64,000 nucleotides of DNA from Raillietiella orientalis (lineage: Eukaryota): the NCBI GenBank assembly GCA_036172245.1, contig JAYWIR010000059.1, forward strand, positions 372,001 to 436,000, written 5' to 3'. The position numbers were made by a program, and so were the translations under genes. Each line of letters opens with the position of its first letter. The stretch's first letter is position 1. The notes under the pieces are model-generated. The model did not search any database, was not told where the DNA came from, and worked only from the letters and a program-made list of their open reading frames with translations. Positions 51,722 to 64,000 of this stretch are shown in pieces.

Positions 51722-54700
51722 CTGCAAGTACCAGACAATGCACTGAGAATTCATTTTCAACTGATTGTTTCACTATTGACATTGCCTAAGCCTCGAGGGG
51801 GGAATTTCCACCACGGAGGGCTATTGATCTGCTGCAGACACTGACGCGTTCGCGGAGGTCAAGCATTGCGCGACATCTTATTCGAGAACGATCCCCACAG
51901 ACAACGATGATTCTGCGTGTGAGTAAGAATCTTCCCTTAGTCGGAGATAATGATGAGGGAACAAGAGAAAGGTTAGTAAGTACCTCATCCTGAGATAAAA
52001 GGGATTTGCTGTACGCAAAGAAAGGTAAGCTGTCTTCAAAAATGACTCTTCGTTGTGTGCGTTAAAAAAAAAGAAAAAAAGTATGACTACATGAAGAGAA
52101 ATACAGACTGATGCAGAAGTTTTTTTTGTTACTTCGGATTTGAGAAACATGCGTACGAAAGCTTGGGATGTATCTGGAGATTTCAAAGCAACGAATTTTC
52201 GAAAATTCTCGTTTTTCTCTTTTGATCTGCTACGTCCCATTTGATTTCATCAACAGATGCAAATTCTCCTTGAGAAAATGTGTCGATGCTGAATCTTCTT
52301 ACTTGCTCGAACGGCGTCATCACTTTTGCAGTCCTCGTCTTTACACTTTCATGACATTTGAAGATTGTCTTCCAATCGCATTTGTATTTTGGATTTCTTA
52401 TAAAAAATTTGTTCTCAACGCTATGCTCAGGTTGCAGATGCAACCGGATTTTTAGATGGTACAAGAAAATGAGTACTCTGCCTGCGCTTTCAGGAACAGA
52501 GAATGAATCTGACCAAAAGCAAGCTTGATAAAGAAACAAAAGATTTAAAAAAGACAAACAAGAATGAACCAACCAAGTCCATTTGCTTAAAGAAAATGAA
52601 ACAACTCTTGAGATTTTGTCTTGGGAGTTTTCCATCATAAAACTTGATCACACCTAAGACTCAGTGAAAGGTGTCAACTTCCCTTGTCCAACGCCAGAAT
52701 TGTTTATCCTGGTTGTCGAATCGAGCAGCAAGAACTTCTCCAAGCTCGGAGAGAAATGAAGCTTATGGGGAAGTTTTTATCAGATGAAACGTGCATCCCT
52801 AATCCGTTATTCCTCTAAAACTCAAATCCCCTAATTAACCGGGATTTGTAAAAGACTAGACAGATCGGAAAGGAGAGATTCACTCATTTCTACGATAGGA
52901 AATTCACTGTGAGCACGCGTGCTGCTACTTCTAAGCGATTGATTTTCTGCCCTCCCAACCGTTCCCAAATAAATACATTGAGCATGCAAAAACCTTCAAG
53001 AAATGAAAAGATTCCCTTCCTTGCAGGGTTCGATTTAATTTCTTGAAGTTTATGATTTTCCTAACCAGCCTAAAAAGAATTTCCCGAGTCGTTTCGGAAC
53101 ACGAAAGTATCACTGTCATGGCATTTGAATAGTCCTCAAGTTTATAACTTCCATAATGGTGTAGTTCGCCTTGCTTTCTAAACTGATCTTTATTTGAACG
53201 CTCGTGCTTATCTAATCTCAGATTTCAATTTGGATATCAGAATAACAGGAAGTGTGAGTATAAAATTGTAATTATCATCTAATAGATGATAATTCATTCG
53301 GAAACATTGGGATGGATGACCCCAAAAACTCTTCTCATCCGTCTGATGTCTGATGCCTTCAAAAGTATCTTCCGAATCTAATGAATCAGCAATGATCTGA
53401 CGGTGCTATCAGAGCAAAAATTTGCATCCGAATTTCTTTGGGACATTCCGGCTCTCTGGCAAAATTGTTTCAAGCATGCCAACACATGAAACATTAACTT
53501 TTTCTTGCAAAACTTATCAAGAATTTTTTGCTGAGGGAACATTTTTCTAATTCATCTCCACATTACGATCTAAAACAGTAAATTAGCGAGAGTTATGATA
53601 AATGTTGCAAGAAATTGTATAAACAGAGCTAAGCAAATTTCGTCTATGGAAAGCACTTTTGATTTTCCCCAGGAGGCAAAAATAATATGCGTATATCTTA
53701 CTGCATCATTCAAATCTTCATTGGTGTAATCTTTCTCTCTTAGACAATCTTGTATGTTGCACAGACGAACGCTCCTTGGCTGTGGATAGGGACAGCTAGC
53801 TTTGGGTACTCGGGATGGTTCGATATTCCCATGAAATAACCTTTGGATGCACATCACAATTCTTCTTTGAATTCCTCCACCACAGGACTGAGGTGGGATA
53901 AGACTTTTCCCTCTGTTTCAGAATTTGCAAACCTGACTGCAGTCCGAATACTTTCCAATTTCCCAGTATGGAGTACAAGGATGTTCATTGCATGTACGGG
54001 TCAATGATTCGGGTTTTGTCTTGAGGTCACAGAAAGTCTGGCTTACGACTGTCCCATTCGGGTCAGCGCATGTTACATATTGTTCCTGTATCCCTCCCAA
54101 GCAAGGCATACTGCAGTTGCTGAATCCACTTGCTTTCCATTGATAGATGGAAGATTCTTCAGTTGCAGCTTCCACGTGTTCCATGGAATCACTCAAAATA
54201 CCGTGTTCAAGTTCCTTATCGACAACATTAATAGCTCTACGCAGAGCGGATGCTTCCGGAAGTACTAAAGTTAGAGACAAATTCGAAGTTTTCATCCTAA
54301 AAGACAAAGAAAAGGCTCTTAAGTCTGAACCAAAAAATGATGAGTCCCATCTTATGCATTTGTTGGTTCATTTTTCCTTCATGTCAAATGTAAAAGAGAA
54401 CAACCAGAACTTTTAATGATGGAAAATAGAAGTCACTAATTTTAGTATCTATCGGAACTTGGACAATTCAGTCGTGCTCAACTTTTTGTTAAAAAATTCT
54501 ATTTACTTTCTCCCGGAAACTCATATGGAAAAAGAAGAAAAAAGGTGCTCGAATGTATCGATGTTTTAAAAAACAAGAACAAATATCACTGATTATATTA
54601 AAAAAAAAAAAAAAAAAGTGCTCAGACCTTGTGCCACAGGGTTGCAACGCACACGGTTCTTCGGAATGAGGTTTTTCTCCCAAACATTTGGAATCTTTCA

Positions 54701-57368
54701 AAGTAGCCAACGTATGCGAAAATTCAAGGAAAATCTCGCAGTGTACATCTCTTGTCCTCATGCCAGCACCGCAAGTGGCACTACAGGAACTCCATGGACC
54801 AGATACAAATCTGAAATGGTTTGTTTGAATCTTAGAGATAAATTCACTTAACCACTTCCTGCTACAGGAAGAGATTTCTTCGGAATTGGGATAAAATGAT
54901 AACACAACGCACACAACTGGACAGCACGGGCAGCCATGCAATAATTTATTGTTTATTACTTTTGCAAAATAATGTCCCATCAGACGTTAAGGGAGATTCT
55001 TTATTTAATAATAGCTAAAAGAAAGCTGGGTGAAATGCTGCTTAATGCTGAATACACTTTATGATTTATGAAAATGGTTTATAAATCATTCTCATAAATC
55101 ATCCTAATATTCTCATTCTCACAAGTCTCATAATTCTCATAATCCTGGAAGAACCGGTATTAACTTGCACTTGGGTTCTTGTCTCCCTGGAAACAAATTC
55201 TATCTAACAACTTCACCGAGATAAAGGTTCTCCAATTATTTTTGGCAGTGGAGTGAAGTTTGTTTAAAACCGTGAAACTTCTACCGCGTAAGCAGCTGAA
55301 AACATCAAGTGTATTTCCTTCAAAGCTATCTACAAAGTCGTTTGGCACCATGCAAACGAGAGGGAGGTGCACAGTTTCTTTAAGAAACAGGCAAGTCAGA
55401 AAATCTGATTTTTTATTTACCGAAGAGCAATTTCTTTGTTAATTTGGAAAGGTATTCGTTTGTTTCGGTTCTTTTAATAATAAATTCGACACATTCTATC
55501 CAAATCTGACATTTTGACGAGAAGTATCTTCCCTTGACACCTGACAGTCATTGAGATCAGTATCCTAGCACCTGTTTTAATTTTAGGATCATCGATGTTT
55601 CTACCTGGGTTCGTACGATGTTGACAAAGAGGTCGAAGCCGCCCTTTCCCGAACAAGGATGCTACTGGAAGACACTTCCACGACACTGTTTTCTAAAACA
55701 TATGTTAATTTCTTTACATGAAAAAAATTGCTTGCCATAACATCTTAGTACCTGCACAGTCTCCCTGGCATTCAGAAATGCTAGCTGGTCTGACTAAAGG
55801 ATCACAATCCAGATCGGAGTTGTCGATTTTTTGACAGGTTACATCTCTTTTTTTCACACCTTTCCCACAATCGGCAGAACACTAATTGTGCTTTCAACAC
55901 TTGCGAATTGAATAAGTTACAGAACTGACGTTGGTCCAGACTCCAGTTTGCCAGAAGGGACAAGGATGACGATTACAACTTTCTTGACGGTGGGGTGGAA
56001 GATATTGGCAGAAACTGTCGTTGGTGACAACTTGAACGTCCCCGATTTCTAAAGTGCAACGAACAGTCCGTTTCCTTATTCCTCCTCCGCAGCTAAGTGA
56101 ACATTCGCTCCATGCGCTTGCTATCCAACTATGTCATGGTCTAGTGTCATTTGAGACAGGTCATGGAGTCTGAAGATCAAACTACCTTCCGGTACAAGAT
56201 CGCATTTTGCAAGGACGTATCTGTGCTTTGGGTCTCTCCTTCTGATCACATTTTTCCGGAGCTACAGATTCTCTGCTAATGACGTCTTGACAAGCAGCAC
56301 GGGAAACTTCGAAACCTGGTCAAAAGTGAACTAGTTCTTCCTAGAAAATTCATGGGAACGGGAAAGTGCTGAACGAGAGACAACGAAATTCAACTCGCTG
56401 AGACTGCAACCGCGCGATCAATACAGAAAAACACGAAACTGATGGAAGCGTTGACCATTTTCAAATTACCTGTGATTGAAATTACGATCTTCAACATTTA
56501 CTTCCTTCGAGGAAAATTCGTCTGAAATCTTTGAGAAAAGTACGGATAGCTAGTAAATATTGCTGGCACGCACGAGGTACGGATATATTCCATCCAGAAT
56601 TGCATAATAATTATTACTTCTGGCTTTCTGTTGATTGCGCGTCTGTTTTACAGCTAGCGGAATTTCTTGAATTTTCAAGGAACACCCCGACTAGCAAATA
56701 GCTTGGCAAGTTATTGGGGACTTTCGCGACTTTTTACGGGTGAATATAGAGCTCGACAGCAAAACTCAACCTGGTTGCAACCAAGGAGAACTCTAAATTT
56801 ATTCAGTTAATAGTAAAAATACTTTAAGAACACATTCCCCCCAACTGATTAAATTTTAATATTTTTAATTAAAAGGTAATATATTATATACTAATAATAA
56901 GTAATTGATATAAAGAACATTTGGGATTTAGTATAAATCAAAGAATACTTTAATTCACTTTCAAGATTTTTTATAAATAGTATATTCGAAATGAGGTATA
57001 AAATTAATATTATTATATAATGAATAAATTATGTATGTAAATATTTTTATGTTCCATAATAATATTAAAATTATGTAAATTTATGCTGAAATATTAAAAT
57101 TTATGCTAAAATTAATTGATATTTAAAATTATAAAGTACATATTTTAACTCCAAATTATTTTAGAATAAATGAAAACGAATAAGTATGCAGTATACCATT
57201 TAGGCAACCCACTAGATTGGAAAACTCGGTGTCTCATGGTTGGAATCATGGACAAGTAGGCACGGAGCAGGGGACCAACAAATTTGATAACTTACCTTTC
57301 CCGCAAGTAGCACTGCATGAGGTTGTCTGGAGACGCCACTGATGTCTTCCTGAGGCCGCTGATATGAA
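50891..57368 (-). CDS. ADAMTS-like protein (ADAMTSL1/3, punctin / MADD-4 / nolo-like): TSR repeats plus Ig domain; 5' exons not resolved
   Basis: Eleven phase-consistent exons: 57368-57296, 56315-56186, 56128-55930, 55881-55752, 55692-55605, 54810-54628, 54296-53933, 53887-53702, 51721-51453, 51151-51024, 50964-50891. Diagnostic peptides: EPRFVSGPWSSCSATCGAGMRTRDVHCEIFLEFS, YQWKASGFSNCSMPCLGG, ISLKIGGNATILKGTSIRIKCPV, LIQWKKNG...DSGLYLC. Confidence 0.9.
51212..51317 (+). repeat. ~105-bp dispersed repeat, copy 2 (in an ADAMTSL intron)
   Basis: Diverged copy of 48983-49088. Confidence 0.88.
53702..54296 (-). CDS. ADAMTSL two TSR exons (54296-53933, 53887-53702)
   Basis: YQWKASGFSNCSMPCLGG...CNEHPCTPYWEIGKYSDCSQ|SCGGGIQRRIVMC...CNIQDC; 45-nt intron. 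Confidence 0.9.
54628..54810 (-). CDS. ADAMTSL TSR exon
   Basis: FVSGPWSSCSATCGAGMRTRDVHC...CLGEKPHSEEPCALQPC. Confidence 0.92.
55752..56315 (-). CDS. ADAMTSL three TSR exons (56315-56186, 56128-55930, 55881-55752)
   Basis: WIASAWSECSLSCGGGIRKRTVRC...CNRHPCPFWQTGVWTN|CSADCGKGVKKRDVTC; 57- and 48-nt GT-AG introns. Confidence 0.9.
56790..57200. other. Sharply bounded, extremely AT-rich island in an ADAMTSL intron
   Basis: Composition visibly far more AT-rich than the flanks; no ORF of 60 aa or more. Confidence 0.6.
57296..57368 (-). CDS. ADAMTSL exon (TSR start)
   Basis: ttgcag|FISAASGRHQWRLQTTSCSATCGK(G)|gtaagt. Confidence 0.75.
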
Positions 57369-60300
57369 CTGCAAATGGAGAACAAAGTTCTAAAAGCAGT
57401 ACATAATATAAAAATTAGCAATAAAGGACGCGGCATTACTATTATAACCATCATCATGACTTGAAAAAGCTCATTGCGCTTGCTGGCAAATGATTCCAAG
57501 TATGTCTTGTGCAATTGGAACGTTCCGGAATACTGAACATTGGATAATCCGAAATATGGAAAGAAATTAATGGATTTCCGATATAAATTGTAACGGACAA
57601 TAGGAAATTATGACTTCAGCACTTTGGTTAATGACACCGAAAGAACCGCTATTTTTTTTTGGCATTCCTATGCAAATGAAGGAATTTTCTCGCAATGAAT
57701 CCGGAATTTATCAGATCCGATGGTTCCTGATGAAACCTGAACTTTGGGATCGAGAGATCTCTTGAAGAGTCTTCAGACGAAACATTTGTCAAATGAAAAG
57801 CATTGAGTAAGCATCGTTGATGAATTTGCATCATCAGAGGCAGTAAGAAAAAAAATATACTTTTGGAATCGAGAACAGCTTTTCAAAAAAAACTGGAAAG
57901 TTTATAAGAGTACACGAGAAGCAGAGTGAAAAGATAAGATAAGAAGACGATGCAAAAAGTTACTCTGCATCATGGAAACCAATTTTATTCCAATCTTGAA
58001 AACTCCATTTACATCATCGAGATGATGAAAGGGGTAAAACATGGCTGTAAGCTCTCGTGGAAATTTTTTTTCCACTTTTTTCGTGTCCTGTCTTCGATCT
58101 AGAAGGCAAACGAAGACAAAGCTGTATTGGAAATCGGTCACAATTCATCCGTCATCTTAAAATTTCGATGATCACGTAACTGGATCTTAACCCGATGTCT
58201 ATGTGACCGTACTCGATGCATTTTGTCAAAGGAAAAACGAGCATTCAGAATTCCATTAGCCTGATTCTCATACCCATTTAGCTCCTGACTGCTCCTAAAT
58301 GCTTAAAGAGATTAAGTGGAAGAAACAGTAAAATTACAAAGTAGTTTCAGTGGGATTGCATTCTTTTCAACTTCATGTAGCGATAAGTCCAAATAGAGGT
58401 ATGAAAATACGTTTATTTAAACCTGCCATTACATGAAATTCTTTAATAATATGAAAATACGATTAAAGAATTTAACGTTTGGTTAACTTTGACAAAAGTG
58501 GTACACACTCGCCTAAGATTACCGGTAACTAAATGGAAAGGACACTTGAATGAGGCAAATTTCTTTGTATCATCAGTTCCAAGATCATGAATAGTGGGGT
58601 AACAGCCACATGAATCCTGGGGCTCATGATCATGGAATTATCGCACCCCATCAATCGTCAATTTAATCTGCAAAGTTAGGTGGGTTGTGCAAAAAAATAA
58701 TTGGCAAACCTGGGAAAGACAAATGCAGAAACGCAACCTGAGAACATTTGTCCTTTGTGAACGAAGGTCCGACATTTTGAACAGAGACGAAATTATCAAA
58801 TGACAAAGTGGTGAGTCATTCAAAACATTCTGAAGCACCTACTGTTGTATAAGATGCATAGAGAGACTAGAAACGGCGTGAATTTCCTTTACAAGAGCAC
58901 AAATACGAATCACATTACGAAATTTGACATCATCATTTCCATAGGAAGAAATGATGCTGACTGCAGGGAAGAACTACTTTTGACAGCACTGAAGTTATTT
59001 GTGGATTCTAGTTGTGTTTACGGCAAGTGGAAAAAAATTCCAAGAGTGGCACCTTGACCTCTTGGTCTTGTCCATGAAATAAGAGGCTTCAGTAAGTCAT
59101 CTCTTAACTTCATTATTACTTGGTGATACCTATGAAAATTCGAATGGATCATCAGATGATCCTGCTTGAAAATAAGAGAACTACGTATACTTAGGAACAG
59201 CATAGGTTTTGTTAGGAGATTTCTGCAACATATTTCGATTTAGGCACACAGATCTTCGGATGTCGGCACTATCAACTATTGAGAACATTCCTTACGTCCA
59301 TTTCCAAAATACATCTCTTAACATTAGCATTAGAAACTGTTGCATTTCATAAATGCCTCAAAGAAGACTCAAAGAATGTCTTAAAGAACGCCTTAAAGAA
59401 GTATTCCGACAATTTTCATTCATTTTCTCAAATTTGGGTTTGTGCTGGATTTTCATCATCAGAAAGGAGCTGTAGAAATGGGCGAAATAAATGTTTGGTC
59501 CACTGACGGACTCGAAATTCAATTTATCATTCGAGCACTTTGAGACACACATAAGAGCTAGGAAGCGGTTGAAATCTGCTCATTTGCTTAAAGTTCGTGA
59601 GAACTTATAGCACTGCTGCTTATAACGTGGTTCATTTCCCGTGTGAATGTAGGTCGTAGGCATCCCCACTTAATTTGGAATTCTTCACCGATTCCCATTC
59701 CTGTCAAACGGTGGAGCTTTTCTCACTCAAATCACTATTGCAGGGTAATAACTTGAGAGATATTGCTTCACAAATCTTAGGCGACCAGTGAAGTAACCGA
59801 TAGCCTATCGAGCATTTCGAGTTGTTTTTCCTAGATGCCTCTTGACTCTTTGAAAATAATCTTTCAGAGACAAATGTGCCTCCCCTTACTATCCTACTCT
59901 GGGAAATATTCATCTGCTTCCTTCCTGAACCCTTTCAAAAAGCATCTATGTTTCTCATATTCACCGTTCATTAGCTTTACTTCCATCTGGTTTGCTCTGT
60001 ATCTTGAAACTCTGCATGGCACTCACCGAGAAATTCGTTCTCCATTTCGATTCGTTCCGTTTTCAGCACTTTCATTTCCGTTTTGAAGACAGTCTCAGAG
60101 ACGCGACTTTTCTGAGAAAGATGCAAAATTCCGGAAATCGTTTTCATTCGCTAGTAAATAACCTTCATAATTTTCTACAGCGGAAAGAGGGCTTGAAAAA
60201 TTTTCTCTAACATGTTCAAAATAGCTACTAGGATTTCTCCATGAGCAACCAAGGATTACTTTGCATACACACATGTACGCACTATTCTCATTGGTGTCGA

Positions 60301-63300
60301 TCAAGGCACCACTGATTTTCCAACTTGAGTTTTTCATATAATATTCGGCTAAATCAATCCATATTTTACCTAATATAAAAAATCCTTAATGCGTGCTTCA
60401 TTAGAAACTCCACACTCGAAAATTAACTTATGCCGCTCTTGTAGAGTCTACATTGAAAGATACTTTATTTTACATTTACACTCTTATTCCTTATACATGC
60501 AGAAGATCCTCGGCGATTTCAACCACTTGATGTGGACTTCCAAGAGATCCTGCTCTCAAGGATGTATAATTTTTATTTGCGTAGATTAGGTGAAAACACC
60601 TTGAATCATCGGTATCATCGATTTTGGTATGAAACAGCAAGTTTCACTTTAGAAGAAACTGTCTCTCCATTGCATAATTAACGATTCGTATTCAGCGAAT
60701 AGTCTGCAAGAATAATAATTCAATTACCGTCATAGAGAAAGGGAAAAGCAAACCCCAAGTAAACAAACATAAAGCAAGTTGAATTTGGAACTCCCTTTCA
60801 CAAATATGTGAAATCACCCAAAAATGAATGAAGATAAGATCAAATGCTGCTCATAGCCATCCTAAATTAACCAAGAAAACCTATTTCTCAACTTGCTTTC
60901 ATGAGGAGGAACTTTTCCAAAAGTGTCTCCAGTTCATCTGCAGATGACATTCGACTTTTGGTACACTCGCAATCTGCGGATGGCTAATCCTTTTTGGTAC
61001 TTATTATTTTTTGCAATCTGTTTCGTTTCACATCTCTTGATACCAGCACATAAACCTTGCTGTTCGTTCTGTCTTTTTCAAGTTTCCTCTCTGTCCTGTT
61101 GCTAGTGTACGAGAATGGTAAGTAATGAGAAACTTCTAATGCCACATAAAGTCCACAGCATTTCATTTGTTTCGTTCTAGCAATGATTTTCACGCAAACT
61201 TGAAAACCTGGAAAGCATTTCTGCGTCGCTAGTTCGCTGTTTCAACCTTCTCTCTTTGAATTTCACCTTAAAGAAAAGAAGCCACGGAATCATGAAAGGA
61301 GCTTGAAAGGATAAAGAAAAAGTTAGGAGGTATTCAACTTTCCGGAAACTCAGGAATGTCAAGGATGTTCCTTTCCAATACTCGCAAACGAAGCCAAACT
61401 CTGCTGTGCTTCACAAAAACAATTCAATGGCACTTAGAAGAGCCCACTATAGAGAATCAAGTACCGAAGAACCATGACTGGCTACATCTCTCTTTCCCAC
61501 CTACACATAGGAAAGCCCGCTTATTAAAAAATGCTGCAATTCCTCTCTCAGGAATTCAGGACACTTTTCACCGTTTCATACCTTTGATCCTCCATCAGCA
61601 AAGTACTCCAAATGAAGCACCATCTGAAAAAGAGCGTTTGATTAATTCGAACACACTTAGATGCTTGTCAAAAGTGCAGGATGTGCAAGAATAAAGAAAA
61701 AAAAAACAGATCATAAAGGTTACACGGAGTACGCGGTTCATCATTAGTCTAATGGGCATGGAGGGTGCTCTATAGTTTCTCAGAGATTTGGTTAGTCTTT
61801 TAAGTGGTATCTTATATTCCGCAGACTATTCCAATGAAATTCAAAATATTCTTGATGTCTCTCTAAGGAAAAATTCCTGTCATTGGTCCATGAATCTTTA
61901 TAAGGCTTGAGAAGCTCGGAAATGGAACAAATAAGCCACTCCGCTACTGCTACCTCCAAATGATGAGCTGAGATTTTCAGCAGGAAGTCTGTGTGAGCCA
62001 AACGGAAGCGAATAACTCAAAATTCGCCTTCATTTATCCCACCCTAACCTAAAGTTACCGTTCCTAGAATTATTAGTAACAACTCTTTTCCATAAATCTA
62101 AATCGTTTGCGATCACTTGAATAAATGCTCCCTATATGCTGGTTCAAATGCCTTAAGGGCTTGAATCGCCACATCACTGTGGACATAACGCTCAGTAATT
62201 GTAGAACGAAAATGCAGGTTGATAAGAATACTGAATGGAAAGTAAAACTAGAAAGACGGAAGACAAAAAGTCATAATAACATGGAGAATAGTGATTCAAG
62301 AATGAGTGGAAAATTCGTTTTCTTCCAGGAAGCTATCAATCGTAGACATAATGAAACACTTAGATTAAGATCTTTTGGAAAGTAAAAAGTTCATTTTCGA
62401 TTTCTTTGTGCGTGTGTATGTGTACGATGCTTCTCTTGAAAACTAGTGTGTGAGTGTACGAGTATATTTTTGCGTCCTTCATCAAATGAAGACTTTCCAT
62501 GAGTTCCAAAGTTACACAGGGTAGCTCCTTTTGACTCTCCCATGTGTCAACATCCAAAACAGAATGAATGCCGAAGTTTGGCACAGGAATACATTACAAA
62601 CACAGAACTGGCTCCAAAAGCACACAATGACTTCGAAGTTTAACGGATGGAGTTAGATAATGTTTTGAAAATCGAAAGCAGTTCCTCCTCAAAGTGGGAA
62701 GATCTTTTTCACCTTTTATTCTCATCTACGAAGATGAGTTGCGATCATCTTTCAAAGCACCAATACAGAACTCCTATCAAACGTTCGATTGATAGCGTAC
62801 AAAGGGTTCCTGTTCACAAAGGAAGGCCTTGTCACCCCTTTGTGAGTTCTTATTTAATTGGTTTTTATGCACAATCGGGCACGTGTTCCCTTATTGTGAC
62901 TTTTAGCACAGTAGATCTTTTCTCATTCTTTGATCGAAAAACACTATGTGTGAGTTTCTTAGATCTGGAAGCCAGAAATTGTCTCATGCTCCAACACCAA
63001 AGGAAGCATGTAAATTACGCAGCACAATGTGACCATTAGAAATATTAGAACTCTATTGTAAACCTTCTTTCTCATCCTTGAAGCACGCAGAGGCATTAAC
63101 GGAGATCACAAGCGAGCCGAGAGCAGTGCTGTGCATATATTTCCCGATGGCATCCGACGACGAATTTTACCTTCCTATCTGAATTTCACAGCGAAAGCAC
63201 ATGCAAGCTGAAGGAGGCGCTCAGCAAGTAGGGCGCAAGGCTAAAATGATAACCTTACTCCTTACTAGTGGATGACTAAGTCTTCAGCAGGGAAGCTTTC

Positions 63301-64000
63301 TGGTTGACGCTGCGTAATAGTAAGCTTGAATTTATTATTACTTGCACAGAATGCTCTGGATAATTTTTGCTGTTGTCGTTTTTCACCGCTAATCCCTCTG
63401 GAGAGGTTCAAATCATTTCTCAGTTTTCGAGTAATCTCTGATCGGTGAGGACATACCTCGCGGAGATGGTTTACATCTCATGTCGTGTGCGAGGACATCC
63501 TCGGGTCCTCATAGGCTTTTTCAGAGCTTTTCCGAATTGAAAACACGTGTTCTCAAGTCACCACCTTTCAGCACTTCTGATTGGCATTTATGAAATCGGA
63601 CAGTAATCTTAGTTAACTCTGTTCCGTGAAAGAATCTAAACGGTTTCCCACAAAATGGTGGCCCTGCTAATCTCGATAAATGATTTTCAAGACCCTTCCC
63701 CTTCTGGCTTGTCCTCTTTCAAATCATTTCATTCGTGGAGAGTCGCAGATCGGTGGTGGGTGAAGGAACGAGGCGACGAAAAAACTTTGCACGAAATGTA
63801 AAACGCGTATAAATTTTAGGTCTACAGAAAAAGGTTCACAGGTATTTCACTTCCTGCTTCCTCTGTTCTCTTTGGACGGAACCTTTGGTTGCCTCTCTGC
63901 GTTGCTCCAAGGTTCTAAACTGAGGCATCCAGATCTCGAAATTCAGCACTCATGCGAAGCAAAGCTGGCACAACGATTTAAGTGGTTACATGCAGTCCGC

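Noticed and set aside
1..64000. Prokaryotic features (operons, CRISPR arrays, rRNA/tRNA genes)
   Set aside because: The window is intron-containing animal DNA; I saw no regularly spaced repeats or tRNA/rRNA signatures.

Overview
Eukaryotic (invertebrate, probably arthropod) genomic DNA with many very short spliceosomal introns (38-59 nt). Two multi-exon genes converge. The first is the 3' part of a RasGRF-family Ras guanine-nucleotide exchange factor on + (PH2 end, split REM domain, CDC25 domain, stop at 35392). The second is the 3' part of an ADAMTSL1/3 (punctin / MADD-4 / nolo-like) gene on - (TSR repeats plus an Ig domain, about 57368 to 50891). Introns hold decayed mariner and LINE remnants and several local duplications. 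The most unusual feature is three divergent copies (1-~600 on -, 7361-8200 on +, 30723-31011 on +) of a GC-rich, apparently non-coding element of about 0.8 kb. Its copies differ by a compensatory substitution and by stem-length changes around invariant linker motifs. Two copies are flanked by 11-12 bp A-rich target-site duplications. This looks like a large structured RNA that I do not recognise, retrotransposed in trans by a LINE. All alignments and folds were done by eye.
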